Assembly (NCBI GenBank): GCA_964523765.1
Contig: CAZFZX010000003.1
Location: 762 to 64,761, forward strand
DNA from: an uncultured Enterobacteriaceae bacterium
Lineage (GTDB): Bacteria; Pseudomonadota; Gammaproteobacteria; Ga0077536
Length of the DNA: 64,000 nt
Direction of reading: 5' to 3'
The position numbers were made by a program, and so were the translations under genes. Below the pieces are notes generated by a model that searched no databases, was not told the DNA's origin, and saw nothing but the letters and a program-made list of their open reading frames with translations. Of this stretch, positions 1 through 8,697 are shown piece after piece (the stretch's first letter is position 1; every line of letters begins with the position of its first letter).

Positions 1-417
1 GGGAGTGTTCGAGGGGGCATAAAATCCCGGGTCCCGCCAGGGATAATGATAGCCCCAAGCTTTGCCGGTCCAACGACCCGACGCGGCGATCGTATCCAGC
101 AACGCTAGCAACTGCTTTGCCTCTTCCAAAAAGTGGCTATCGCCGTGAGTCTCGTAACGATCGAGCAGACCCAAGGTAAAGAGCGCCAGACCTTTCGGGT
201 TATAGGTTTTCGGCGTGAATAGCAAGGGTCTCAAGTTGATCGGGAAACGCATGACGCCTTGTATCGCCACCATACGCGGCCATTTCCCCCACCCCAGCAG
301 CGCATTGAGAATGGGACTGTTGAGCCCATCGTGTTTGTTATGGCCTTTATACTGGCTGCTTCTGCTGTAGCGATACACTGCATCGATAAGGGCGTCGATA
401 TCCGGCGGCGGCGTCAT
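1..417 (-). CDS. hypothetical protein, 5' part only (runs off the window edge); possibly polysaccharide-associated
   Basis: Manual translation of the minus strand from ATG at 417-415 gives MTPPPDIDALIDAVYRYS...KGLALFTLGLLDRYETHGDSHFLEEAKQLL...WGYHYPWRDPGFYAP, open to position 1. The start lies 3 nt after the stop of the upstream amidotransferase gene, so it looks like the same operon. It is absent from the ORF track because it is truncated. I do not recognise the family. Confidence 0.5.
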   Translation of the reverse strand, partial: MTPPPDIDALIDAVYRYSRSSQYKGHNKHDGLNSPILNALLGWGKWPRMVAIQGVMRFPINLRPLLFTPKTYNPKGLALFTLGLLDRYETHGDSHFLEEAKQLLALLDTIAASGRWTGKAWGYHYPWRDPGFYAPSNTP

Positions 418-420
418 TGT

Positions 421-2304
421 CTAACTCAGAGATCTGTTGCCGCGTTCATAAATCTCTACCCACAGATGTACACCAAGCATGAGGTAAAGCATAAAGTAAT
501 GCCAACGAGTCGCCTTCGCCTGGGGCAAACCCCGAACCCGGGCAATGAAATCGGGATTGAACAAACCCACGGTTTCGGTGTACTCCCTCGATAAGAACTC
601 GTCCGCCAAGGAAGATAACTGGGACTCAAAGAAAGCCGCTGCGTCCACTTGAAAGCCGCTTTTGGGACGATTAAGAATCTCCACGGGAAGCAGGGACGCT
701 ATGCTCTGTTTCAGCAAGCCTTTCTTTTGCCCTTTCGGCATCAATGTTTTGCGATCGAGCCGCCACAAAGCGCCTTTCAAATCCTGATCTACAAAGGGAA
801 CCCGGACCTCCAAGCCCATCGCCATACTGCAGCGATCTTCCTGCCAAAGTAAATCGTTGACCATTTTGTGCCGCCACTCGAATTCTCTGATCGCCAGGAT
901 CGGATCCGGGTTCTTCGGCCATTGCTCTTCCAGCCACAGGTAAGGGTTCGGCAGGGATTGATCGAGCATTCGCGGACCGTAGATTGTGCGCCGCATGTCC
1001 GGGGTGTCCCAGACGTTCCTGATTAACGCATAAACGCGCGGCCAGTTCGGTAACTGTTTGATGATTTCGGTGAGCCGCCACGGCTCTGACCAGGGGATGT
1101 GGCTGAAGGTGTCGATCGCCATCTGGGCGGCCGTCCCGCCAGCGTTTAGTAATCCACTGGGAACAATGCCGGATGCCAAATGAATAGTGCGAGCGATGCT
1201 GTAGAGATTGTACCCTAGAAACAGTTCGTCGCTGCCAACCCCGGAGAGGGCAACTTTGACATGTTGTGAAGCATGTTGTGCGACCTTCAGGACCTGTAAT
1301 GAGTTCACCTTGGGGACTTCCAGGTGCCAGATCAGCTGAGCGAGTTCCTTGCGGGCGTCAATGGCCAGGGTCTGCTGCAGGTTTTCCACGCTTAGCAACT
1401 GTGCCGTTCGGGCCGCGTGCTCGGCTTCCATCGGATCGTCGCCGGCCTGGACGGTAAAGGTTCGTACCGAGCCCGGATTAAGGTTGTTCGCCAAAGCAAC
1501 GATAGTGGCCGAATCGACGCCGCCCGAAAGGTAGGCGCCCACTTCGACATCGGAGACGAGATGACGAAGCACCGACGCCCGAAGCGATTCGAGTACCGAT
1601 TCTTGTTCACCGGCGAGCCCCGCGTCGTTGGGCCCCGCTATGCTGGTGGTGGTGGTGCTCCCGTCTACGCGCCAACGCATAATGGTGCCGGGCGCCAGTT
1701 GGGAAACATTTCGTATCAGCGAGCCGTTACCCGTGATATACCGAAAATTCATCACCGAATGCAGCTGGGCTTCGTCCAGGCATCCCGTCGCGTTGTCCCG
1801 GGCCAGAATCGCCTTGGCCTCCGAGGCGAAGACGAGTTCACCGGTTTTTCCCCGTTGATAGAACAGAGGCTTTATGCCGAGCGGGTCCCTGACCAAGAAA
1901 CCGGACTGGGTCTGGGCGTCCCACAGCGCGAAAGCGTACATGCCGCGCAGTTTAGAGAATCCGGCTATTCCTTCGAACAGATACAACTGCAGTATTACTT
2001 CGGTATCGCTTTGGGTCTTGAACACCGCGCCGCCGTCAGCCAGTTGTTGTCGCAGTTCACGAAAATTGTATATTTCGCCGTTAAAAACAATACAGCAGCG
2101 ACGACTCGTGTCGAACATCGGTTGCCGGCCGTTTTCGAGATCGAGAATCGCGAGGCGTCGATGCGCGAAGTTGGCGTGGTCGATGAAAGCAAAGCCTTCG
2201 GCGTCGGGGCCTCTGTGGGCAATGCTGTCGCCCATTCGTTGTAGTGAATGCCGATCGTTGTCCGATGAGGTTGACGGAGAAAACCATCCGGCTATACCAC
2301 ACAC
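421..2304 (-). CDS. asparagine synthetase-like glutamine amidotransferase (AsnB/WbpS-type, Ntn class II)
   Basis: The tracked ORF is 421-2397, but the conserved Ntn N-terminus (M)CGIAGWF begins at GTG 2304-2302, 1 nt after the stop of the upstream gene (TGA 2308-2306). Other motifs seen: HRGPD, FNGEIYN, and the PP-loop YLSGGVDS of the synthetase domain. Confidence 0.85.
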   Translation of the reverse strand: MCGIAGWFSPSTSSDNDRHSLQRMGDSIAHRGPDAEGFAFIDHANFAHRRLAILDLENGRQPMFDTSRRCCIVFNGEIYNFRELRQQLADGGAVFKTQSDTEVILQLYLFEGIAGFSKLRGMYAFALWDAQTQSGFLVRDPLGIKPLFYQRGKTGELVFASEAKAILARDNATGCLDEAQLHSVMNFRYITGNGSLIRNVSQLAPGTIMRWRVDGSTTTTSIAGPNDAGLAGEQESVLESLRASVLRHLVSDVEVGAYLSGGVDSATIVALANNLNPGSVRTFTVQAGDDPMEAEHAARTAQLLSVENLQQTLAIDARKELAQLIWHLEVPKVNSLQVLKVAQHASQHVKVALSGVGSDELFLGYNLYSIARTIHLASGIVPSGLLNAGGTAAQMAIDTFSHIPWSEPWRLTEIIKQLPNWPRVYALIRNVWDTPDMRRTIYGPRMLDQSLPNPYLWLEEQWPKNPDPILAIREFEWRHKMVNDLLWQEDRCSMAMGLEVRVPFVDQDLKGALWRLDRKTLMPKGQKKGLLKQSIASLLPVEILNRPKSGFQVDAAAFFESQLSSLADEFLSREYTETVGLFNPDFIARVRGLPQAKATRWHYFMLYLMLGVHLWVEIYERGNRSLS

Positions 2305-2305
2305 T

Positions 2306-3367
2306 TCAATGGTTCCCTGACTGGTAGGTGGCGAGCATCTGCCGGTAATCGAGGATAGATTCCACGACGAACTCCGCGACGTCGACACAGTCCGCAAGTA
2401 ATTGCTGCCGCAGCCGTTGGCATTGATCCTCGCCGTAGTCGAGAAATTTTTCCAGCGCGGGAGCTACCGTGCGCCACTCCAGTTGTGCTACGTTTGCCAC
2501 TAGTTTGTAGCGCTTTTCTTGTTCGTCCGTATAACCGCGACCCGTGTTCGCGACATAAATTGCGGGAACGCCCAATACCGCGCATTCCGAAGCCATCGTC
2601 GCGCTTTCACCAATGAACAGTTCGCAAAAACCCATGACGTGATGAACCGCTGCGACGTCGCCGCGATAATTGGCCTCGGCAAATTGATCGGGCAATCCTG
2701 CCTCCGCCGAAATATGTACCCGGCCGTTCTCTGCTAAACTAGCGACGACCTTTTCAAGTAACGACACATTCCAGCCACCTTCTCCGATATCATGGTTTGC
2801 CTGCCAGGATACCAATCGGATGAAGTAATTCGGCCGTTCGGGATCGAGACCGTTGGCGATTGCGATTTCTTTATCCGGCGAGAACCGGTTAGGGGCCAAG
2901 TAGGAGAGTTCGTGGTAACCCGCATACCGAATATGACGTTTCTTCGGGAGCCACGCTTGATAGCAGCGCGGAACAATCACGCAACTCGCTAACGGATAGG
3001 TAATCGCGTTTTGCAAGGTCGCGTTCTCCGTATCATAGAAGACCAACGAAGGTACGCCGCTGAGAAAACCAACGTGAGCGATAAACGTTCCGCCTATCGA
3101 TGCCATTACATCCGGCTTAAACGCCTTTACTACCTTATACAGCGCTCTGTTGCGAGTCAGCAGTTCTACCGCCAGGGAGACCATGCCTTTCCCTCCCATT
3201 GACGACAACACGCGGTGCTGGAGACCGAGTTCGTCCAATAACTGTAGGGTGATATCCTTATCGCGACTGGTAAACAGAACCTCGTGACCGCGTTGCTGCA
3301 GCAGCCGCGCGGGGTGCTTGAAGAAATGCACGTGGGCGGGGTGGTTGATATCGAATAGAATCTTCAA
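2306..3367 (-). CDS. DUF354 family protein (GT-B / UDP-GlcNAc-2-epimerase-like fold, polysaccharide-associated)
   Basis: 353 aa. The N-terminus MKILFDINHPAHVHFFKH...RGHEVLFTSRDKD and overall layout match my memory of the DUF354 family. Confidence 0.7.
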   Translation of the reverse strand: MKILFDINHPAHVHFFKHPARLLQQRGHEVLFTSRDKDITLQLLDELGLQHRVLSSMGGKGMVSLAVELLTRNRALYKVVKAFKPDVMASIGGTFIAHVGFLSGVPSLVFYDTENATLQNAITYPLASCVIVPRCYQAWLPKKRHIRYAGYHELSYLAPNRFSPDKEIAIANGLDPERPNYFIRLVSWQANHDIGEGGWNVSLLEKVVASLAENGRVHISAEAGLPDQFAEANYRGDVAAVHHVMGFCELFIGESATMASECAVLGVPAIYVANTGRGYTDEQEKRYKLVANVAQLEWRTVAPALEKFLDYGEDQCQRLRQQLLADCVDVAEFVVESILDYRQMLATYQSGNH

Positions 3368-3878
3368 TTCTCGATACTCGCTAGCTATCGGTAATCTGTA
3401 TGGTCAAGAGGAGGCACCACCCAAAACTTCGTCGGCAACGTATTGTGCCTAGACATTACCGACTTCGATGCTCTGCCGGAGACGGCGCTTCTTGCGGTCC
3501 ATTCAACCTCTCAAGCGGTCATATTCAATCCTGTAATAGACAACATTCGCACGGGTTGTCTGGTCTCCGATTTCCAATAGCACCCCAGCCGCACTCGCCG
3601 TTTCGATCAAACCGGTAAGGTAGGTTCGACCTGCCAGTTCATTGTATTCGGATCCGCCAACGGGCGCGCCGCTTGCACAAAAATCATGGAGTCTCTGTAG
3701 TTCTATGTTCGGCACCATTTGCGGATTATGAACTGCATTAAGATCCTCGACCCAAGAGGCTGCGGGGTATTGCGCCGCTGGCGAGGAGAAAACCGCCGCG
3801 CACGCGAAAAACTTTCGGGGGCGAACTCGGTTTCATTCAATAAATAGTCGGCGGTAGATAGAATGATCCACAAGCGGG

Positions 3879-5843
3879 TCAGTCGCCACGAATTTGACGG
3901 CGCCCGCGTAACATTTGCTCGAGTTCGGCTACACGTGTTTGTGGAGTACGGAAATAGTCGTCCCACGTATCGATGCTGCCGAGATAGTCGATCGCTTCCT
4001 CGGCCTCGTCTAAGCGTCCTGTCAGCACCAGAATTTCGGCGCGGACCGCATTGAAATCGAATTCACGTGGCCTGATTTTGACCGCGTCGTCCAAGAGCGC
4101 TATCGCCGGACCATAATCGCCGACCTCATTGACATAAAAGATCCCGAGATCGACCATTAGCTGGGCGCGTGTGTGCTGAGAGACGGTAGGATTCGACAGT
4201 GCCGCCGCGAAGAATTCGATGACCGTACCGTGCGGAAACTCACATTCGCGCTCGGCGTGGCATTTGACCAGATTGTGGAGATCGACCCATTCGGTGTGGC
4301 CAAACGAGGTGTCGGCGTAGCGCCGAACGAGTTCCTCTTTCCAAGCCGGTTTCGGCTCGTCGCCGTGCACATAGGTCACCTTCATTAGCTCAACGATCGG
4401 GCGCTTTGCGCTGGGATCCAAATCCAATGAGCGTTCGAGGGTCGCGATAGCATTGTGATAATCCCGCTCATCGTGGCGCATCAAGTACAGGCCATATTGT
4501 ATTCGTCCGAACTCGTAAACCGTCCGAAAAGATCGGGGGTTCCTCTCGACTTCGATTGAAGCGAGCGTCACGGGATCGCTCCAGTCGCCCGCACGCAGGA
4601 GTGTCAACGCACCGAACACCAGGTAGGAACCACAGGCGGCGGTCGACGGGAGCCAACGTGCGCCCGTAATTCTCGCGAACTCGACAACCCCAACGGCGAT
4701 TCCGAGGAAGAGACCGACGCTGGGAAAGTAATTTCGATGTTCGTGGACTAGCTCCAAAGGAATCAAGGTCGATTCCATGGCGTGGCCGATCACGAACCAC
4801 AAGATCGCGTAGGCGAACATCGGGAAACGGCGTATCCAAGCGATCGCCAGTACGATAGAGGCAATGACGGCCGCCACGGCGAAGACCGTCGTCATGGGAT
4901 CAAACAACCCTGCCGACACCGCAAAATCGTCATGAAACAATGCCATTTGCTTAAGCCGCGGCAACAGCAGCAATGCAACGTAGAACCACAGCACCCGCGT
5001 CTCTGTTAATCCACGCTCCAACAGGGAGAACGGGCGTCCTTCATACAGCGAACTCAACCAATCGGGATGGAGGAAGAGATACGAGCATACGGCCGCGCCC
5101 GGAATGACCAGGATAACGCTGAAGAACAACAGAAGAAGAAATCGGTCCCGGGGTTTGTTCGTTCTCAAACGAAAAAAACAAACCTCCGTCAGGGCTGCGA
5201 GCGGCAATACGAGCAGCGCGTTTTCTTTGCTCAACGCGCCCATCGCCGCGAACGTCAAAAACCCGAAAAAAAGAAATAGATTACCGCCGGGCCGCCCGCC
5301 GATCATACGAAACCTGGCAAGACAAAAACAGATGATCGCGAGCAGCGAAAATGTCGCGGCGAGACTAGTCATTCGTTGCACGACATAGAGCACGGAAGTG
5401 AGGTTTAACGGATGGATAAGCCAGATCGCACTAACCGCAAGCGCGCACGGAGCAAGATCCACAATGCGGGGCGCGCCGCGCAGCGCCGCTCGTGCCCGCA
5501 GAATAAGGATCGCGAACCAGAACACGAGCAGCCCGTTGAGCAGATGAATGCCGAGATTCGTCAACTTGAACGCGAGCGGTGAACCGCCCGTGGTGTCGTA
5601 GTTGAGTACGAAACTGATCATCGCGATCGGGCGCTTCAGCGGGCCGGCGACTCCCGACCAAGCGGCGTTCGCCAGACCCGTCACCGACAGGTCGCTGTCT
5701 GTGATCGCCGGATTGAGAAGGATATTAGGATAGTCATCGAAGGCGAAACCGCCGGTGAGACCAGGCCAATAGGCCAGCGTCGTTAAGGCCAGTATGAGAA
5801 CCAATGCGTACTGTGGCCGCCGGAGGATGCTAGCCGCCGTCAT
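3879..5843 (-). CDS. GT-C-like polytopic membrane protein with C-terminal TPR-like domain (paralog B); candidate protein glycosyltransferase
   Basis: 654 aa with many hydrophobic helices in the N-terminal ~430 aa. An acidic first-loop motif GGFAFDDYPNI is present, plus HPLNLTSVLYVVQRM (DUF1736/TMTC-like pattern). The C-terminal ~200 aa is soluble and helical-repeat-like. Clear full-length paralog of 5830-7806. The ATG overlaps the upstream gene by 14 nt. Confidence 0.75.
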   Translation of the reverse strand: MTAASILRRPQYALVLILALTTLAYWPGLTGGFAFDDYPNILLNPAITDSDLSVTGLANAAWSGVAGPLKRPIAMISFVLNYDTTGGSPLAFKLTNLGIHLLNGLLVFWFAILILRARAALRGAPRIVDLAPCALAVSAIWLIHPLNLTSVLYVVQRMTSLAATFSLLAIICFCLARFRMIGGRPGGNLFLFFGFLTFAAMGALSKENALLVLPLAALTEVCFFRLRTNKPRDRFLLLLFFSVILVIPGAAVCSYLFLHPDWLSSLYEGRPFSLLERGLTETRVLWFYVALLLLPRLKQMALFHDDFAVSAGLFDPMTTVFAVAAVIASIVLAIAWIRRFPMFAYAILWFVIGHAMESTLIPLELVHEHRNYFPSVGLFLGIAVGVVEFARITGARWLPSTAACGSYLVFGALTLLRAGDWSDPVTLASIEVERNPRSFRTVYEFGRIQYGLYLMRHDERDYHNAIATLERSLDLDPSAKRPIVELMKVTYVHGDEPKPAWKEELVRRYADTSFGHTEWVDLHNLVKCHAERECEFPHGTVIEFFAAALSNPTVSQHTRAQLMVDLGIFYVNEVGDYGPAIALLDDAVKIRPREFDFNAVRAEILVLTGRLDEAEEAIDYLGSIDTWDDYFRTPQTRVAELEQMLRGRRQIRGD

Positions 5844-7806
5844 TTCTCGCCTCGCGCAACCGCTGCTCCAGGGCTTCGATTGCCGCCAGCGGCGGGCGCA
5901 ACTGGTCCCGCCAAACCGATACCGACCGCAAGTAACGGATCTCGTCGTCCACCTCAGCGTAACGACCTGCCATTACATAGATCTGTGCCCGGATCTTACG
6001 AAACTCAAACTCGTGCGGGAACAGATCGACGGCGTCGTCCAGGAGGTTCATTGCGGGGCGGAAGTCACCCGCTTCGTTGACGTAGAACACTGCCAAATCA
6101 ATCAACAGTTGTGCCTTCGAATAGGGCGGGATCGACGGATTCGACAGGGCCGCTTGAATCAGCGCCACGATCTCGTTCGGCGGAAACCTGCAGGCTCGGG
6201 TCGCGCGGCACTTTATGATCCGATGCAAATCCAAAGTCTCCGATACGTGGAATAACGTATTTTGGTACCGGTACTGCAATTCGGCTTTCCACTCGGGTTT
6301 GGGCTCGCGGCCATGCGCGTATTCCAGTTTCATTAATGCCGCCAACGGTCGTTTAGCGGTCTTGTCGAGCGCCGCGGAGCGTTCGAGATGCTTCAATGCG
6401 TTCTGATAATGACGTTCATCGCCTGACAAATCATACAGGCCGACTTCGATTCGACCCAGGTCGTAGACCGCACGAAACGAGTTCGGATGTCGTTCGGCCT
6501 CGACAACAGCCAGTGTGATCGGATCGCTCCAGTCGCCAGCTCGAATAAAGGTCACGGCCGCATACAACGAGATGACCAGGGCGCCGAGCAACCGTAGCCC
6601 AACGGTACCCAGATATCTCCTGAACAGGACCGCTAACCCGTAAGTCGCCGCCAGGATGACGCCCACTCCCGGTAGATAATTGCGATGTTCGTGCACCAAT
6701 TCGAGCGCCACGACGCTCGATTCCAGGGCGTGCCCGATCAGGAACCACCCGATGGCGAACGTCACCAAAGGACGCCGGCGCAGCATCGACACCGCGAAGA
6801 TAATCGCAAAGCCGATTCCGCCGAGGGCAACGGCGGTGGATAAGGGATCGACGAAGGAGGTCGATAGTTCGTAATCGTCGTGGTGCAGACCAAAGCGGCC
6901 AAGATTGGGCACGAGAAGCAGCGACAAGTAGAACCACAGAACGCGCGCTTCGGTGAACAGACGCTCCGAAAGGGTGAACGGCCGCCCGGCGTAATGGCTG
7001 GCGAGGTAATCCGGGTTGATGCCGAGATAGACCAGTGCGGCCGCTGCCGGGAGCACCAGGACCACCGCGAACAGGACAATAAGCACCGTTCGGTCACGCG
7101 CTGTAGGGGTGTGCCAACGGAAAAAGCACAACTCCAATAATGCAATCAACGGTATGGTCAGGACCGCATTCTCTTTACTCAATATCCCGAAGACCGTAAA
7201 CAAAGGCACGCCGCCACCGATGAACCACCAGGCCCCTGCCTCGCTCCGTTCGAGACGCCGTCTCCCGGCGCAGTAACAGACCATCGCGGCCAGTGAAAAC
7301 AGGGTCGCAAGACTGTTCATCCGCTGGACGACATAGAGAATCGACGTCAGATTGAGAGGATGTACCAGCCATATTCCGGTAGCTACGGCGGCGAGCATGG
7401 GAAGGTTCACTTCCGCACGACCGATCCGGTTGGCGTGTGCCTCCAGGATCAGCCGCAAGAGCAAGAACAACAAAACGCCGTTGACGAGATGGATGCAGAG
7501 ATTGGTCAGTTTGAAACCGGCAACGAAGTCTCCGGTGGTCGCGAAATTGAGCGCGAAACTCATCATTGCCAGCGGGCGTTTGAGCGGCCCCGCCACGCCC
7601 GACCATCCGGCCTGCAGAAGATCCGAGAATGTCAGCGTTTCAGCGCGCAGGTCGTCGTTGAAGAGGATATTGACGTAATCGTCGAAGACGAATCCGCCGG
7701 TCATGCCGGGAAGATAGGCTAGCAGAGCCAGCAGCATCGACCCGAGCAGTACGGTGCGGGCGTCTATTAGGCCTCGGGATGCTGGTCTCAGCGGTCTCTC
7801 GGACAT
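5830..7806 (-). CDS. GT-C-like polytopic membrane protein with C-terminal TPR-like domain (paralog A); candidate protein glycosyltransferase
   Basis: 658 aa with the same architecture as paralog B. Shared identical runs include GGF-FDDY, WSGVAGPLKRP, FKLTNL, HPLNLTS-LYVVQRM, LSKENA, LELVHEHRNY and RAGDWSDP. It is the first gene downstream of pilA. Confidence 0.75.
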   Translation of the reverse strand: MSERPLRPASRGLIDARTVLLGSMLLALLAYLPGMTGGFVFDDYVNILFNDDLRAETLTFSDLLQAGWSGVAGPLKRPLAMMSFALNFATTGDFVAGFKLTNLCIHLVNGVLLFLLLRLILEAHANRIGRAEVNLPMLAAVATGIWLVHPLNLTSILYVVQRMNSLATLFSLAAMVCYCAGRRRLERSEAGAWWFIGGGVPLFTVFGILSKENAVLTIPLIALLELCFFRWHTPTARDRTVLIVLFAVVLVLPAAAALVYLGINPDYLASHYAGRPFTLSERLFTEARVLWFYLSLLLVPNLGRFGLHHDDYELSTSFVDPLSTAVALGGIGFAIIFAVSMLRRRPLVTFAIGWFLIGHALESSVVALELVHEHRNYLPGVGVILAATYGLAVLFRRYLGTVGLRLLGALVISLYAAVTFIRAGDWSDPITLAVVEAERHPNSFRAVYDLGRIEVGLYDLSGDERHYQNALKHLERSAALDKTAKRPLAALMKLEYAHGREPKPEWKAELQYRYQNTLFHVSETLDLHRIIKCRATRACRFPPNEIVALIQAALSNPSIPPYSKAQLLIDLAVFYVNEAGDFRPAMNLLDDAVDLFPHEFEFRKIRAQIYVMAGRYAEVDDEIRYLRSVSVWRDQLRPPLAAIEALEQRLREARNDGG

Positions 7807-7866
7807 TTGTCGATGTTAGCAACGGCGGTCGCCCTGAAAACCCTCCTATCGGGGCCCCCGCCGCCT

Positions 7867-7903
7867 AAAAAAAAGACGCCCAGTCTAGGACTGGGCGTCT
7901 TTT
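7867..7903 (-). terminator. rho-independent terminator downstream of pilA
   Basis: Perfect inverted repeat aaaagacgcccagtc (7871-7885) / gactgggcgtctttt (7889-7903) with a 3-nt loop. On the minus strand the GC-rich 11-bp core stem is followed by a run of 8 T (complement of A 7867-7874). It lies 34 nt after the pilA stop. Confidence 0.85.
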
Positions 7904-7936
7904 ATCGTTCCTAGTTGACTAAGGTATGACGTTCTA

Positions 7937-8356
7937 CTAACGGCATGAGGACGGGCGATATTGCGGCGCCAGGGTGCCGTCCGCGCAGTCCCAAGCCACG
8001 CGTCCACCTGCGGTGTTCGGCGTCAGGATAATCGTGTCACCAACAACTGCAGTCGCCGAGAAGACGACAGTAATCAGACCACTACTCGGGATGTTGACAT
8101 TATTGACGTGGTTACCCGAGATACTCTCGGAGGTGGCGATACCGGCAGAAGCATTGCTGTTCGGCAGGCCGCCGTTGGTGGCGAAGAACTCCGATACCGC
8201 AACCTTGGCTGCCGTAGCGAGACTCAAACCTTCCGTCACTTGAGCCCGGACGGTGTAATCCTGATAGGCCGGGATGGCTACCGCGGCCAATATACCGACG
8301 ATCGCGACAACGATCATGAGTTCGATAAGGGTAAAACCTTTTTGTATTCTGTTCAT
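7937..8356 (-). CDS. pilA: type IVa major pilin
   Basis: 139 aa. Class III signal MNRIQKG|[27 protein letters not shown] with Glu5. The C-terminus has a disulfide loop, C...C ([17 protein letters not shown]). An AGGAGA Shine-Dalgarno lies upstream. Confidence 0.95.
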   Translation of the reverse strand: MNRIQKGFTLIELMIVVAIVGILAAVAIPAYQDYTVRAQVTEGLSLATAAKVAVSEFFATNGGLPNSNASAGIATSESISGNHVNNVNIPSSGLITVVFSATAVVGDTIILTPNTAGGRVAWDCADGTLAPQYRPSSCR

Positions 8357-8470
8357 TTCATCTTTCTCCTGAGAGCAACTCTGTTTGTGGACCGAGTTCG
8401 TAAATTCTTGGCCCGTTAGCGGATTTCCTGCGCTCTCGAGCGGACCCGCTAGCGCGCTGACCTATCACAG

Positions 8471-8486
8471 GCATACTCCGTGCCAA
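8471..8486 (-). promoter_or_regulatory. sigma-54 (RpoN) -24/-12 promoter for pilA
   Basis: The minus strand reads TTGGCACGGAGTATGCC, that is TGGCAC-N5-ATGC against the consensus TGGCAC-N5-TTGC. It lies about 115 nt upstream of the pilA ATG, and the NtrC-family activator pilR is the next gene upstream. Confidence 0.7.
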
Positions 8487-8603
8487 AATAGCCGAAAAGG
8501 ACAATAACCCTATAACGGCGCGGCTTCCAGCCGGATCGCCAGGCCGGGCGCGCCGCCTGAACCGCCGCCAGGGCCGACGCAGACGGGCGACGATGGTCAA
8601 TAT

Positions 8604-8620
8604 GTGACGTTCAGCGTCAC
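8604..8620. promoter_or_regulatory. perfect palindrome GTGACG-N5-CGTCAC; candidate PilR enhancer (UAS)
   Basis: 17-bp dyad seen directly, about 130 bp upstream of the -24/-12 element. That is the usual distance for bacterial enhancer-binding protein sites. No T-run follows, so it is unlikely to be a terminator. The function is inferred only. Confidence 0.3.
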
Positions 8621-8697
8621 CTCTACAGCTCGGTTTGTCCGCTCTGCACGAACCGCCCGAACAGTCGGCGCCTGATGGACGCCGATAGAAAGGCGGC

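Noticed and set aside
259-594. 111-aa plus-strand ORF at the left edge
   Set aside because: It overlaps the 3' end of the amidotransferase gene and the 5' end of the partial minus-strand gene, both of which have better coding signals.
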